Positions 11,175-20,910 of a stretch of 54,306 bases of DNA are shown in pieces (the stretch's first letter is position 1; each line of letters begins with the position of its first letter). The notes under the pieces are model-generated. The model was not told where the DNA came from, searched no databases, and was given only the letters and a program-made list of their open reading frames with translations. The position numbers were made by a program, and so were the translations under genes. The DNA is taken from contig PDIP01000256.1 of assembly GCA_002811645.1 (NCBI GenBank), positions 8,853 to 63,158 on the forward strand, read 5' to 3'. This DNA comes from Corallochytrium limacisporum Hawaii. Lineage: Eukaryota > Protista > Pluriformea.

Positions 11175-11564
11175 ATGAGTACAGAGCAACCACCGTCCAA
11201 CAGTGTAGTGCGTTCCACAGTACAGTCCACTCCACCGGAGCCCACAGTGAATACAAACGATGTAGTTTCCGATGCAGCGCTGGCAGAACGTCTCGGCCTG
11301 CCTCCTGGTAGCAATCTTCCGACATTTCGGTTGATCACTATGGTAGCTCGGTGGAAACAGAAAGCAAGACGGCGGGCCCGTGGCACTGGGCGACCCTTGT
11401 CCATGTATATGGAGCGCAATCGGCTTGCTGGTGTTGATGAAATGCAGGATCGACTTAGAACCATAGCTTTCTCTGATAAACACTACCTCCCATTTCAACC
11501 ACCAGACTGTTCCATTCATGATGGTTACATTCCTTTACCAAAGCGAAAGTTCCAATACCAATGA
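11175..11564 (+). CDS. Small hypothetical protein (about 129 aa)
   Basis: ATG at 11175. S/T/P-rich N-terminus, then a basic amphipathic segment FRLITMVARWKQKARRRAR. Lies downstream of a GC island, divergent from HSPBP1. No family recognised. Confidence 0.5.
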   Translation: MSTEQPPSNSVVRSTVQSTPPEPTVNTNDVVSDAALAERLGLPPGSNLPTFRLITMVARWKQKARRRARGTGRPLSMYMERNRLAGVDEMQDRLRTIAFSDKHYLPFQPPDCSIHDGYIPLPKRKFQYQ

Positions 11565-12906
11565 AACGCCCCCGCAACTGTAATGGACGAAAACTTAACC
11601 CCTAAAGAACATCATTCAGCATACTCATTAAAGAACACACGCAATAGTTTCAGTGATCCACTTGTCTTGCCTTCAACGTCTCATTCCTTCCGACAGACGT
11701 CCATCTTTTCCATGATGCTGAAAATTACTGGGGACGAGGTGAATACTACCATACTGTCGGGTGCCCAAACTCTTGACTGCTTTACCCTTTAGGTGCGTCG
11801 CTGAGACGCTTTTTTCGCAGCTGCCGGGTCCCCGAATATGGAGCAATTTCTACAATCTCAACCCGAAATCTCACCTCCGACGTTAAATCGCCACATCCCC
11901 TTCTCGCTCGTTTTCCGAACTATAGGCTGGGATGACATCAATCAAATCTCCAAGCGATGGGTGCAGCGAAAAGAAGAAAACTAATCTATTTGCAACAAGT
12001 ACCCGGTGAACGGATCGAGGGGCATCGGCGGGAGAATAATGTGCACATGAGATCAACAATCGTCATCGTGACTCTGTTCTTGAGGTACTGGTTCTCGGAA
12101 AGATACAACAGTATCAATAGCATATTAGAGTATGATCAGTACATACATACGTACGCATTGGGAGCAATCGACACCTTGGCTGCTAATGCAAACTTTTTTC
12201 TGCAAGCATCACACCACAGCACACACAACCGGCTCCGGAAAGCTTGTGGATCTCGCATGTGGAGCTTTAGTGTACGATGAAAGTGTTTTCACTTTTTTGC
12301 CCGGTTCCATATTGTTCTCCGCTTCCATGGACTTCTCTTTTCTTCTTCATAGTAGCTGCAGTGTTGCGCTTCGTTGGGCGGGGAACCGATACGCAGAGGG
12401 AGAACGTCAGTTCATTGTTAGTGGCTGTACGCTGTATGGCTCCAGCGATGCAGGCGTTCATTGAAAGTGGCGCGCTGTGCGCTTCAAGCCCGTACTTCCC
12501 AGTACATTCTTCAAGAACAAGCCCTCTAGGTGTATGCAGCTCTATCCGGTGTGGTGAGTACTTCGGTCACACTGCAAGGGGGATTCTGGAGGAGGACCCG
12601 TCCGTCTGCGTTCGTATTTGTTTTTTTTTGGTACCCTGAACTATCCTATTGTGCTAATAGGTGTGAACCCGCAGGGAGGAGAGTCAGTACGTGGGGAGGA
12701 GATGCCCGACTCGACCCACTCGGAGTGCTCACTGTGCTCACTGTTTACTAGCTGCGCGGCCTTCCCATCGCTCTGAAGCGGACTCAAACCCACTCTGATA
12801 CTATTAGGGTACTAGAACAGTCTCTACGTTGAATTGACCTAACTGAGATTTTCTGCTCGATGCTTGGTCAGTCGATGATCTCGTTGTAGGTTTCGAACAC
12901 TTCAAA

Positions 12907-15900
12907 ATGAAGAAGATTGTCTCGAGGAGCAAGTCTCTCCTACACCGGGACGAAGCGTCCCGGGCCTCAAAGGCCAGTCGCCAGCAGAGATCTAATGGAA
13001 TGGATGGCAGCAAAGAAGCCCTGGACACCAAGAGCAAGGAAGATCTGAGAAAGGATGTGGACAAGGCTAAGGAAGTTGCGGGGAAGCTTACTACAAGCGG
13101 AGGGGAGGCGTCCGTGGGCGGCAAGCAGGTTAATACCCAAGAGGTGCTTCAAAAGCTTCAAAAGAGCAAGAAGGCTGCCAAGGCAATTCCGAGCTTCAAG
13201 AGCGTTGCCCGCAGTGTGCAAATCGGTAAGCAAATGACTCTTGGTGAACGTTTTGTGCAGATCTGGCAGGCTGCCAGCGCTCGAGCGAAAGATGAAAGCG
13301 AGACTTTGTACGTCATCCGCGTCTCCGCCGACAAGGAATACGAGATTCTGGTTGACTATCTGGAGAACGTTCTCAAAGAGTCCATCTTGAATTACGAGAA
13401 ATGCTTCGACAAGGAAAAGGAGTACCTTTTCTTCACGCTCAATGCACGATTGGACCTCCTACTGTTGACTGCAGAGTTCCTAGAAATCGAGAAGCCATTG
13501 AAGGAGCATGCGCCTGACGGAAGCGTTGTGAAAGCGGCATTCCGCTATGATGCACGAACGGAATTCAAGGGAAGTGATCGCATGCGTACTTTCTTAACCC
13601 CACTTGAACGAGATCGATGCATGTGGTACCATCTCAGCCAACTCTCCGTCAAGGCCCAGGATCAGAGCTTCAAGTTCAAGGGCACCGAGTTCTACGAAAA
13701 CGAGAAGATTATCAGTCGATTGGTCTCCGACGAGCACATTGAATGCTGGCCCTTGCACGACGAAAAGATTCGCAACGAATTGCTGTCGGAGTGGCTTGGC
13801 GGCACTGAAGTTGCTTCGGAGTCTATTCGATCCTACTTTGGTGAAAAGATTGGATTCTACTTCGAGTGGCTGAGATGGTACACTCGTTTCCTCGCGTACC
13901 CCGCCGGCCTTGGATTTATTGTTTGGCTCAGCATGTGGCTGCAGGACGAGTCTCCTCTGCTGAGTCTGATCAACGGCATTTTCTTGTCCACCTGGGCCCT
14001 GATGTTCAACACTTTCTGGCGTATTGAGCAACAGTCAGTTGCATTCAAGTGGGGTGTAGATGAGCTCTCCGAAGATAAAGCTCGCCGCCCGGAGTTTCGT
14101 GCTGAAATGATCCGCGATTCCAGCGGAAAATCAGTTCCTCACTTCAAAGAGAGTCCCATCACTGGTGAACTGGAGCCATACTTTTCGTCGGAAAAACGCA
14201 AGTGGATCTACGCTTTAACGTACTCCTTGACTACTTTGAGTATCGTTCTTGCCGTCTGTATTATGTTGTTCTGCTTCTACGCTGCGGATTGGTTGGAAGA
14301 CAATGTCCCTGGGTATCACCTCGGCACCATCCCTTCTGTTGGGTATTCTATCATCATCCCGGTTCTGAATAGCGTCTATCAAGGCTTTGCGAAAAAATGG
14401 ACTGAAATGGAGAATCACAAGTCTGATATTCAATTTGAGAACCACCTTATTTTCAAGCGCTTCTTGTTTGAATTCCCCAACTACTACTCTTCCTTATTCT
14501 ATGCTGCGTTCTACAAGTGTGACATTGCTCTGGTGCGTAGTCAGATGGCAACTATGTTGATCACGTTCCAAATTGTGGGTAACATGATGGAAGTTGTTCT
14601 TCCATACGGCAAAAAGATGTACGAGGTGTACAAGAAGGGCAGTGACATCCAGGCGGATCCCCAGCTGGAAGCGGAGGGTAAGCTCGAGGATTACGAATCC
14701 ACTTTTGATGACTTCCTCGAAATGGTGTCCCAGTTCGGTTATGTCACCATGTTTGGCGCGGTTTGGCCCTTGGCTGCTGTCTTTGCCCTGGCAAACAACA
14801 TTCTGGAGTCTCGCACTGATGGTATCAAGCTCACCATCAACACGCGGAAGCCGCGTGGCATGCAGCTGGCTAATGGTATCGGTACCTGGGGTAAGGTTTT
14901 GCATATTCTCTGTGTGTTCAGCATTTTCACAAACATGCTTTTGATTGGCTACACCACTGACTATTGGTACCAACTGCTGGTGGCTATCGGCTACGAAGGG
15001 GTTAGTCCCCTAGGCCAGGCTGTGTCTTTGCTGATTTTGGAACACGTCATCCTAATCGTGCTGTTCTCTTATGAGCGTTTCACTGAGACCGAAGCAAAAT
15101 GGGTCCGTGATGCCAAACGTCGTCGCGAATATCTACGCAATGAGAAGCTGAACAAAGAACGCCAGGGTAAGCTACAAAAGTTCTTGCAGGACACCAACCA
15201 CGAAGCTGGCCGGGATCTATTCAATGCTAAAGCCATGGACGAAGAGGGTAGGCGAAATCTGAACAAAGACGCTCAGGCCAGTTCCATTTCAGCACCGTCC
15301 AAGGATATCTTCCCGAAAGTTTACACCCATATTCTGGTCTTCATGGCCCTAACCTACTTCTTTGGTGCCTATGGTCTGCACTACCTGTGGGTAATCCTGG
15401 CATACCTGTTGCTGTCCCTCATTGAGGACAAAGATCGTAAGGGCTATGTGAATCGTGCACGTGAGGAGAAGGCTACCATGCAGAGTCTACGCAAAATTGC
15501 TGGTGCCAGCACAGACAATGAGAGCAGTGAATGGCTTAACGCTATCATCAAGACTGCCTGGGTTACTGCTGGTGACTCTATTGCGAAGGATGTCACAAAT
15601 ATTGTTGAGGACGTGATCCGTGCCTACTTAATCTTTCCCATCACCGATATACGTTTGAAGGTGAAGGTTGGTAGCAAGGCCATCAAGTTCAACAACATGC
15701 GCTGTGTACAGCCGGAGGATAAGCCTCATGAGCTTAGTTGGTATTTTGACATTGATCTGAGTACGGATATGGACATTAAGGCAAAGGCCATGATCAAGGC
15801 CGTGCCTCTTATCACCAAAATCGAGGACTTCCAAATGCAGGGTAAGCTGAAGATTCGCATGGTGCTTTCAAAGGACCCACCGATGTACGCTGAGAGTGTC

Positions 15901-17340
15901 TTTGTACAGTTCTTGGAGAAGCCATATATTGATTTCCGTTTGAAGCCACTGATGGGTACAGGTGACATTATGGCCCTGATTCCCGATAACATTTTTAACA
16001 ATATCGTCTACGGCGCCATTAAGGACATGATGGTGTTCCCGAAGGAGCTGGAGGTGCCTCTGAATGGTGCGCCGCGTCCGTCCGTAGTTAAGATTCTGAT
16101 CGAAAGCGGTCGCGACCTGCCTGTCAAGGACATCCTCACCCGGTCTTCAGACCCATACGTTACCATTCAGGTTGGTCTTGAGAAGCGTATCACTGCCATC
16201 AAGAAGCGTAATCTGAACCCCGACTGGAATCAGACATTCGAGATTCCTGTGTGGGGCTATGAGAAAGAAACCTTAAAGTTGGCTGTGTACGACAGTGATG
16301 CCCTGCCTGGTGAGCCCGACGACCTGATGGGTGAAGCCTTTTATCATTTGAAGGGATGTGAACCGGGTCGCGTCATTGAACAAACCGCACGCCTGCAGGG
16401 AGCAAAGAATGGTACGGTCAAGTATAAGCTCATGGTTGTGCCCAAGGTTGCGAATGAGAATGCCAAGGTCGGTTCCATGATCTTCAGCATTACCAATGTT
16501 CCGCAGTATAAGATCTTCCCTAACAAGGCATACAAGTTCATTGCCACCTGCGGTGCTTGTGAGGATTCCACGGATGCTTTCATGGGAATTGACAAGAAGA
16601 TTATCACAGAACTCAAGCTATCCCTACCTGCAATCGTCCCGGAGGAAGATCAGCTGGTCCTGCGTTTCGTCGAATGGGACACTCTGGAGGAGAAACAGAT
16701 TGGTGTTGTTGGATCCAGCAAGGCCACCCTGGCGTCTCTGAAGGAGGGTGAAAACGAGATCTATATGAACCTGAAGGAGACCCCCGAGGTCACTGTTCAA
16801 CTCCTGGCCGAATTCACTGAAGGCTCTACATCCCTCGACTCTGCCCCAGAGGCATCTGTGCGCCCCGGTGGCAAGGCAATCGTGCGACTTTTGAAGGCCG
16901 AGGGTTTGCAGCCTCGTCCTCGCAGCCTTGCGGGCAAGATTGTAGGTAAGGTTACTGGTGCAGGTGAGAAGCCCCGGAGTCCTTTGGTTGAATTCCAGGT
17001 TGCCAGCGAGAGCAAGCTCAGCAACATGATCAGTCACGATAACAATCCTGTCTGGGACCCTGAGGAAGAGACATTTGAATTCAAGGTGAACGATATCTAC
17101 GCTGCCGATGTTGGTATCAATGTTTGGCACAAGAAGAAGGGAGACGACATTAGCAGCACTATCGGATCCACCCGTCTGGTTATTAGTAATCATCTCAACG
17201 ATGGCACTCCAGAAGACATTAAGTTGCCTCTGGTCATTTTTGATGGTGGTGAGGAGATAGACACTGGTGATATAACAGTGCAGTTTGAATGGCACGCGGA
17301 CGAGCGCGTCAAGTCTAAGACCAACCTTGCTGCTGAGTGA
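12907..17340 (+). CDS. Anoctamin/TMEM16 (TMEM16K/ANO10-like) fused to extended-synaptotagmin/tricalbin module (hairpin-SMP-C2A-C2B-C2C)
   Basis: One 1477-aa ORF. TMEM16 at aa ~130-735 (WPLHD, IRSYFGEKIGFYFEWL, ENH, DDFLEMVSQFGYVTMF, NNILESRTD, LEHV). Hydrophobic hairpin at aa ~803-839. SMP at aa ~871-1052 (ESSEWLNAIIKTAW...FLEKPYIDF...MMVFPKELEVPL). C2 domains at aa ~1058-1178, ~1188-1303 and ~1321-1463. Confidence 0.92.
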   Translation: MKKIVSRSKSLLHRDEASRASKASRQQRSNGMDGSKEALDTKSKEDLRKDVDKAKEVAGKLTTSGGEASVGGKQVNTQEVLQKLQKSKKAAKAIPSFKSVARSVQIGKQMTLGERFVQIWQAASARAKDESETLYVIRVSADKEYEILVDYLENVLKESILNYEKCFDKEKEYLFFTLNARLDLLLLTAEFLEIEKPLKEHAPDGSVVKAAFRYDARTEFKGSDRMRTFLTPLERDRCMWYHLSQLSVKAQDQSFKFKGTEFYENEKIISRLVSDEHIECWPLHDEKIRNELLSEWLGGTEVASESIRSYFGEKIGFYFEWLRWYTRFLAYPAGLGFIVWLSMWLQDESPLLSLINGIFLSTWALMFNTFWRIEQQSVAFKWGVDELSEDKARRPEFRAEMIRDSSGKSVPHFKESPITGELEPYFSSEKRKWIYALTYSLTTLSIVLAVCIMLFCFYAADWLEDNVPGYHLGTIPSVGYSIIIPVLNSVYQGFAKKWTEMENHKSDIQFENHLIFKRFLFEFPNYYSSLFYAAFYKCDIALVRSQMATMLITFQIVGNMMEVVLPYGKKMYEVYKKGSDIQADPQLEAEGKLEDYESTFDDFLEMVSQFGYVTMFGAVWPLAAVFALANNILESRTDGIKLTINTRKPRGMQLANGIGTWGKVLHILCVFSIFTNMLLIGYTTDYWYQLLVAIGYEGVSPLGQAVSLLILEHVILIVLFSYERFTETEAKWVRDAKRRREYLRNEKLNKERQGKLQKFLQDTNHEAGRDLFNAKAMDEEGRRNLNKDAQASSISAPSKDIFPKVYTHILVFMALTYFFGAYGLHYLWVILAYLLLSLIEDKDRKGYVNRAREEKATMQSLRKIAGASTDNESSEWLNAIIKTAWVTAGDSIAKDVTNIVEDVIRAYLIFPITDIRLKVKVGSKAIKFNNMRCVQPEDKPHELSWYFDIDLSTDMDIKAKAMIKAVPLITKIEDFQMQGKLKIRMVLSKDPPMYAESVFVQFLEKPYIDFRLKPLMGTGDIMALIPDNIFNNIVYGAIKDMMVFPKELEVPLNGAPRPSVVKILIESGRDLPVKDILTRSSDPYVTIQVGLEKRITAIKKRNLNPDWNQTFEIPVWGYEKETLKLAVYDSDALPGEPDDLMGEAFYHLKGCEPGRVIEQTARLQGAKNGTVKYKLMVVPKVANENAKVGSMIFSITNVPQYKIFPNKAYKFIATCGACEDSTDAFMGIDKKIITELKLSLPAIVPEEDQLVLRFVEWDTLEEKQIGVVGSSKATLASLKEGENEIYMNLKETPEVTVQLLAEFTEGSTSLDSAPEASVRPGGKAIVRLLKAEGLQPRPRSLAGKIVGKVTGAGEKPRSPLVEFQVASESKLSNMISHDNNPVWDPEEETFEFKVNDIYAADVGINVWHKKKGDDISSTIGSTRLVISNHLNDGTPEDIKLPLVIFDGGEEIDTGDITVQFEWHADERVKSKTNLAAE

Positions 17341-17739
17341 TGGCCCAAACTATTCCCTTTGATGGCATATATAAATTTGCAGGAAAACTATCGAAATCCA
17401 CAGACAACGTATACCCCTCGCACCCCCACGAAGTACGAATACGAATAAACGACATATAATAGGTGTGTAAAGAGGGGAAGAAAGAAACATTCAGATCTGG
17501 AGGTGTTGGATGTTTGAGTGCCCCACCCCACCGCCCTGTAGGAACAGGTGCGGCTGACACGCTTCCAGACTATTTCAACGGCACACTTTGCCGGCACAAA
17601 GCTCAATCTACGGGTCCTCCTCACAATTTGAAGAAGAAGCAAGGCAACAAAGAAGACTAGCGCGGTAGGCAATGAAATCCTGTCGAAAAGAAAGGATCAG
17701 CAAGGATATTATCAAGTGTTTCAAAACTCACCGAGTGTC

Positions 17740-18009
17740 ATGACCGATCAGCAAAAGAACAATGCAGCTAAGAAAAGCGCGCAGGACTTCGACCCTCGAA
17801 GGCTGTCAGGGTCCATGGCCTTCAAAATTGTGAACTTTGAAGTCTATAGTAAGCCCAGTGCATGGATCTACATCCCTGGCACCGTAGTCTTTCTCGGGGC
17901 GTGCGCAGGGCTTTGGTGGAACTATATGGAAGGACAGGAACGATGGGAGCATGGTCCTGCAGCAGAGGATGGCACTGTACCGAGTCAGAAGAAGTCCAAA
18001 TGGTCATAA
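17740..18009 (+). CDS. SMIM8: Small integral membrane protein 8-like (mitochondrial microprotein)
   Basis: AFKIVNFEVYSKP followed by one TM helix matches the SMIM8 pattern FRAVNPELFIKP-TM. ATG at 17740. Confidence 0.7.
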   Translation: MTDQQKNNAAKKSAQDFDPRRLSGSMAFKIVNFEVYSKPSAWIYIPGTVVFLGACAGLWWNYMEGQERWEHGPAAEDGTVPSQKKSKWS

Positions 18010-18213
18010 GCACAGCACTGTAGACATAAAGAATATAGGAAATGGGGACCGCGTTTGGTCTGCTTGGGGCAGCTTTATTGATGGAAAGAATGATGTTGAA
18101 TGCAGACGTATGGAGCAGGAGACATGTTACGGTGCGAACCATGATGATGTTCTTGCAGTGACAATAAGCCGATGAAACAGATATGGTAATCTTATAACAC
18201 CTCAATGAAAGAT

Positions 18214-18942
18214 TCAGTCCTCGCCCTTGTTGTCGTCAGAAGGCTTATTTCTCCGCGATCGCTTACGTTTTCGCCTCGGTCCCTCCGCAGCGACATTGAA
18301 ACCATCGTTCTGTTGTGCCGCGGCTCTGTCCTGTTTCTTCTTCTTCAGCATGCTCAAAGGATTCGGGCCCTTGGCGCCGCGGCGTTTCTTCTTCGTCTCC
18401 GCTTCCACCTTGGGTCCCGCTTGCCCTGCATTCACTGCCAGCTTCAAACGCTTCAGCTCAATATCGTCATCTGTCTTTGATCGCGCTTTCGGTGGTGGCT
18501 GTAGCAGGATGGTGTTATAATTAATATAAAACAAAGGAATGTCTGCGTACACTTGTAGCTTCTTGCGGAGCTCCAGGTCCTGGCTTGCCACGCAATAGTG
18601 TTCCGCATTGCCGTTGCTCACCAAGGCATCTATGCATTCCTTTGGACTGACGTTCGAGTCCTTGTGGCGGCAGTGGAGGAATTCGAAGTGTTTGAGAATG
18701 GCTCGTGCTCCGCTGAATTGAGGCCCTAAAGAAGCAACTTCCTTCTGAACGCACCGTGTAGTGAATAATTTGACCTTGGCACTCAGATACTTGGGCATCT
18801 GCTCGGCAATCTGGATGCGGCATTTGAGAGCGACCTCTGCAAATGTGCCATCGACGATAACCTGAAAAGGCTCCCGAAAGTCATGGTGAAGTTTGTAATA
18901 CTGAATGTGCTTACGAGCGTGCTTGCGGCGCGTGACCCTCAT
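18214..18942 (-). CDS. UTP23: rRNA-processing PIN-domain protein UTP23
   Basis: FREPFQVIVDGTF, TTRCVQKE, YCVASQDLELR, KGPNPLSMLKKKK. Confidence 0.95.
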   Translation of the reverse strand: MRVTRRKHARKHIQYYKLHHDFREPFQVIVDGTFAEVALKCRIQIAEQMPKYLSAKVKLFTTRCVQKEVASLGPQFSGARAILKHFEFLHCRHKDSNVSPKECIDALVSNGNAEHYCVASQDLELRKKLQVYADIPLFYINYNTILLQPPPKARSKTDDDIELKRLKLAVNAGQAGPKVEAETKKKRRGAKGPNPLSMLKKKKQDRAAAQQNDGFNVAAEGPRRKRKRSRRNKPSDDNKGED

Positions 18943-19096
18943 CGTAAGTTTATGGTCTGTTTTGTATGTGGTATGGTATGATCAGGGCACCGGCCACGTC
19001 CTCTCTTGTCTTCCCAAAAATCCATTTAAAGTATTGATCCTACGCCTTAGTCACTGTCTCTTCAACCTCAAATTGTGGTTTCCTGAATCGCAAAGC

Positions 19097-19124
19097 CTGA
19101 ACCCCACACTCTGAACCCCACACT
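19097..19124. repeat. Exact 14-bp tandem duplication (CTGAACCCCACACT x2)
   Basis: Read directly in the UTP23/MRPL54 divergent spacer. Confidence 0.8.
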
Positions 19125-19566
19125 AATAAATACCGGTACGTCCTTTCTCACCAACCCAGTGACCCACAACCCTATCCGCCCTCCTCATGGGGACCGGGTT
19201 AGGGAACCCGCACCAAGCAGGGGCCGAACCCCGCGTGAGCATTTCTGAGCAAGGCGAACACAAAACGCAGGGGAGGAGGGGGAAGTCAAGGCGCATAGGC
19301 GCAGGCCGGCCAAAACGAATGGAGACGAAGGCCTGGGGAGAAAGAGGTGCACGGCTCAAACACACGAGCCTGGTGACACTAGCAAGAAGAAGGTCCAAAA
19401 GGTATTTGTTAAGGCAACAATGGTAGTGCATGTACTTGTTGTGTTGAATTTGTTCTTTTAGAAGTGATTAGAAATAGCCAACGGACAGAATGTGTGATTT
19501 GCATTAAACTAGGAAAGGTCCCAACTATAGATTTTGAGCATTCTATGGATCCTGCTGCAAACCACA

Positions 19567-19962
19567 ATGAACACTGTTACACATACGAGTTCCCTGGTAA
19601 GGGCATCCAGTGCTGCCATGCTTGCAAAAACTAGCACACTTGGTGGTCTATTCATTTCAATACGTAACAAAAAGAAAGCAGCTGCCAAGCCAACCGCAGC
19701 GGCCTCCAAGACTGCTGCCGTGGAAGAGGATGCTGAGGAGCAACTGATTGATCGGTACCGTGGAATTAACTACTTCGTGGAGGGTAAAGATCCTGAAGTA
19801 AAAGCGAACTCAGAATACCCAGACTGGCTCTGGCAATGTACTGAACCGCGGCCAGCAGCACAGCCTCATGAGCGTCGATTCTGGAAAGACCTGCGAAAGC
19901 AGACCATTCGTCAGCAGAATGAGGATCGGAAGAGTAGGTATGGGAAAGTGAACTTGGACTAA
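19567..19962 (+). CDS. MRPL54: Mitochondrial ribosomal protein mL54 (MRPL54/Mrpl37)
   Basis: GINYFVEGKDPEVKANSEYPDWLW...RFWKDLRKQTIRQQN, with a presequence-like N-terminus. ATG at 19567. Confidence 0.9.
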   Translation: MNTVTHTSSLVRASSAAMLAKTSTLGGLFISIRNKKKAAAKPTAAASKTAAVEEDAEEQLIDRYRGINYFVEGKDPEVKANSEYPDWLWQCTEPRPAAQPHERRFWKDLRKQTIRQQNEDRKSRYGKVNLD

Positions 19963-20111
19963 GTTCTATTCCCGATAAGCGAACCGTGTCCGTATGAAGT
20001 AATTGACAGAACAGTAAATAAACATATAGAAGGTCCATAGAAAGTACCACGAGTAGCTTGAATTAATGTTCTGTATGCTTTTAAATATGAAACTATGAAA
20101 GTGAGACCGCC

Positions 20112-20336
20112 TCACTTCTTCTTCAGCAGTTCCTGTAAACGTGCTTGATTCTCTTTCAATGACCGCGGGGGACGCTCTTCTTGAGGCTTCTCGTCTGGGA
20201 TCCAGATCCTATCCTGATGGGGCTCCACGTAATCTTTGTAAAATTCCGGTAAGTTAAAGTAGTAGAACGTTGCCACAGGCATGAAGACGTAAAGCCCAAA
20301 CTTCCAAATTTCTAGATTTGCCCTTGCCCTTGCCAT
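20112..20336 (-). CDS. PET100: Cytochrome c oxidase assembly factor PET100
   Basis: NLEIWKFGLYVFMPVATFYYFNLPEFY; 74 aa. Confidence 0.88.
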   Translation of the reverse strand: MARARANLEIWKFGLYVFMPVATFYYFNLPEFYKDYVEPHQDRIWIPDEKPQEERPPRSLKENQARLQELLKKK

Positions 20337-20910
20337 AGTTTCCAGTTTCTACTGTTTCTTTAATGCGTGAAATGTCATTGTTGATAAGTTGCAGTACACA
20401 ACGCCGACGTTTGAATATCCTCCATTGTGTGCCATGCTCAAGAAATACCCGCTCTCGGCGCTCGGTTCACTCGTGCGGCCGTCAGTCTCGGTGGCTTCAC
20501 TATTGGGCCCTCTCTTGCCCACACCGAATCCCTGGAGACACCGGCACTCTTCTTCACCGGGTGAGGCTGGCCAATTACATATACTTACATCTTTTAAACT
20601 GTGAAAAGATTGTTAGCGGGACGAAAGAGCAGCTCAGTCTTATAATGCCCTCCGCAAAGAGGACCGACGCACAAAACAGACGACAGCGGGCTTCTCAGCT
20701 GTTTTGGTGATCGGCTGTGGGCTTTATACATTTTGCAAAGGCTCTATCGGACGGGTCCTACCCGGAGGGGATGACGAGGCCTGCCACACAGGGGGTACTA
20801 AAGGATGAGACAGACTCGAGTTTGCACACCACAAGCAATCTCAATGACTCCGGTTGACATACTACAAAAACTGATATGAAAGACACAGAGCGCGATCTGG
20901 AGACGGAGTA

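Noticed and set aside
11957-12751. Short overlapping ORFs upstream of the anoctamin fusion
   Set aside because: No recognisable motifs; probably non-coding or decayed sequence.
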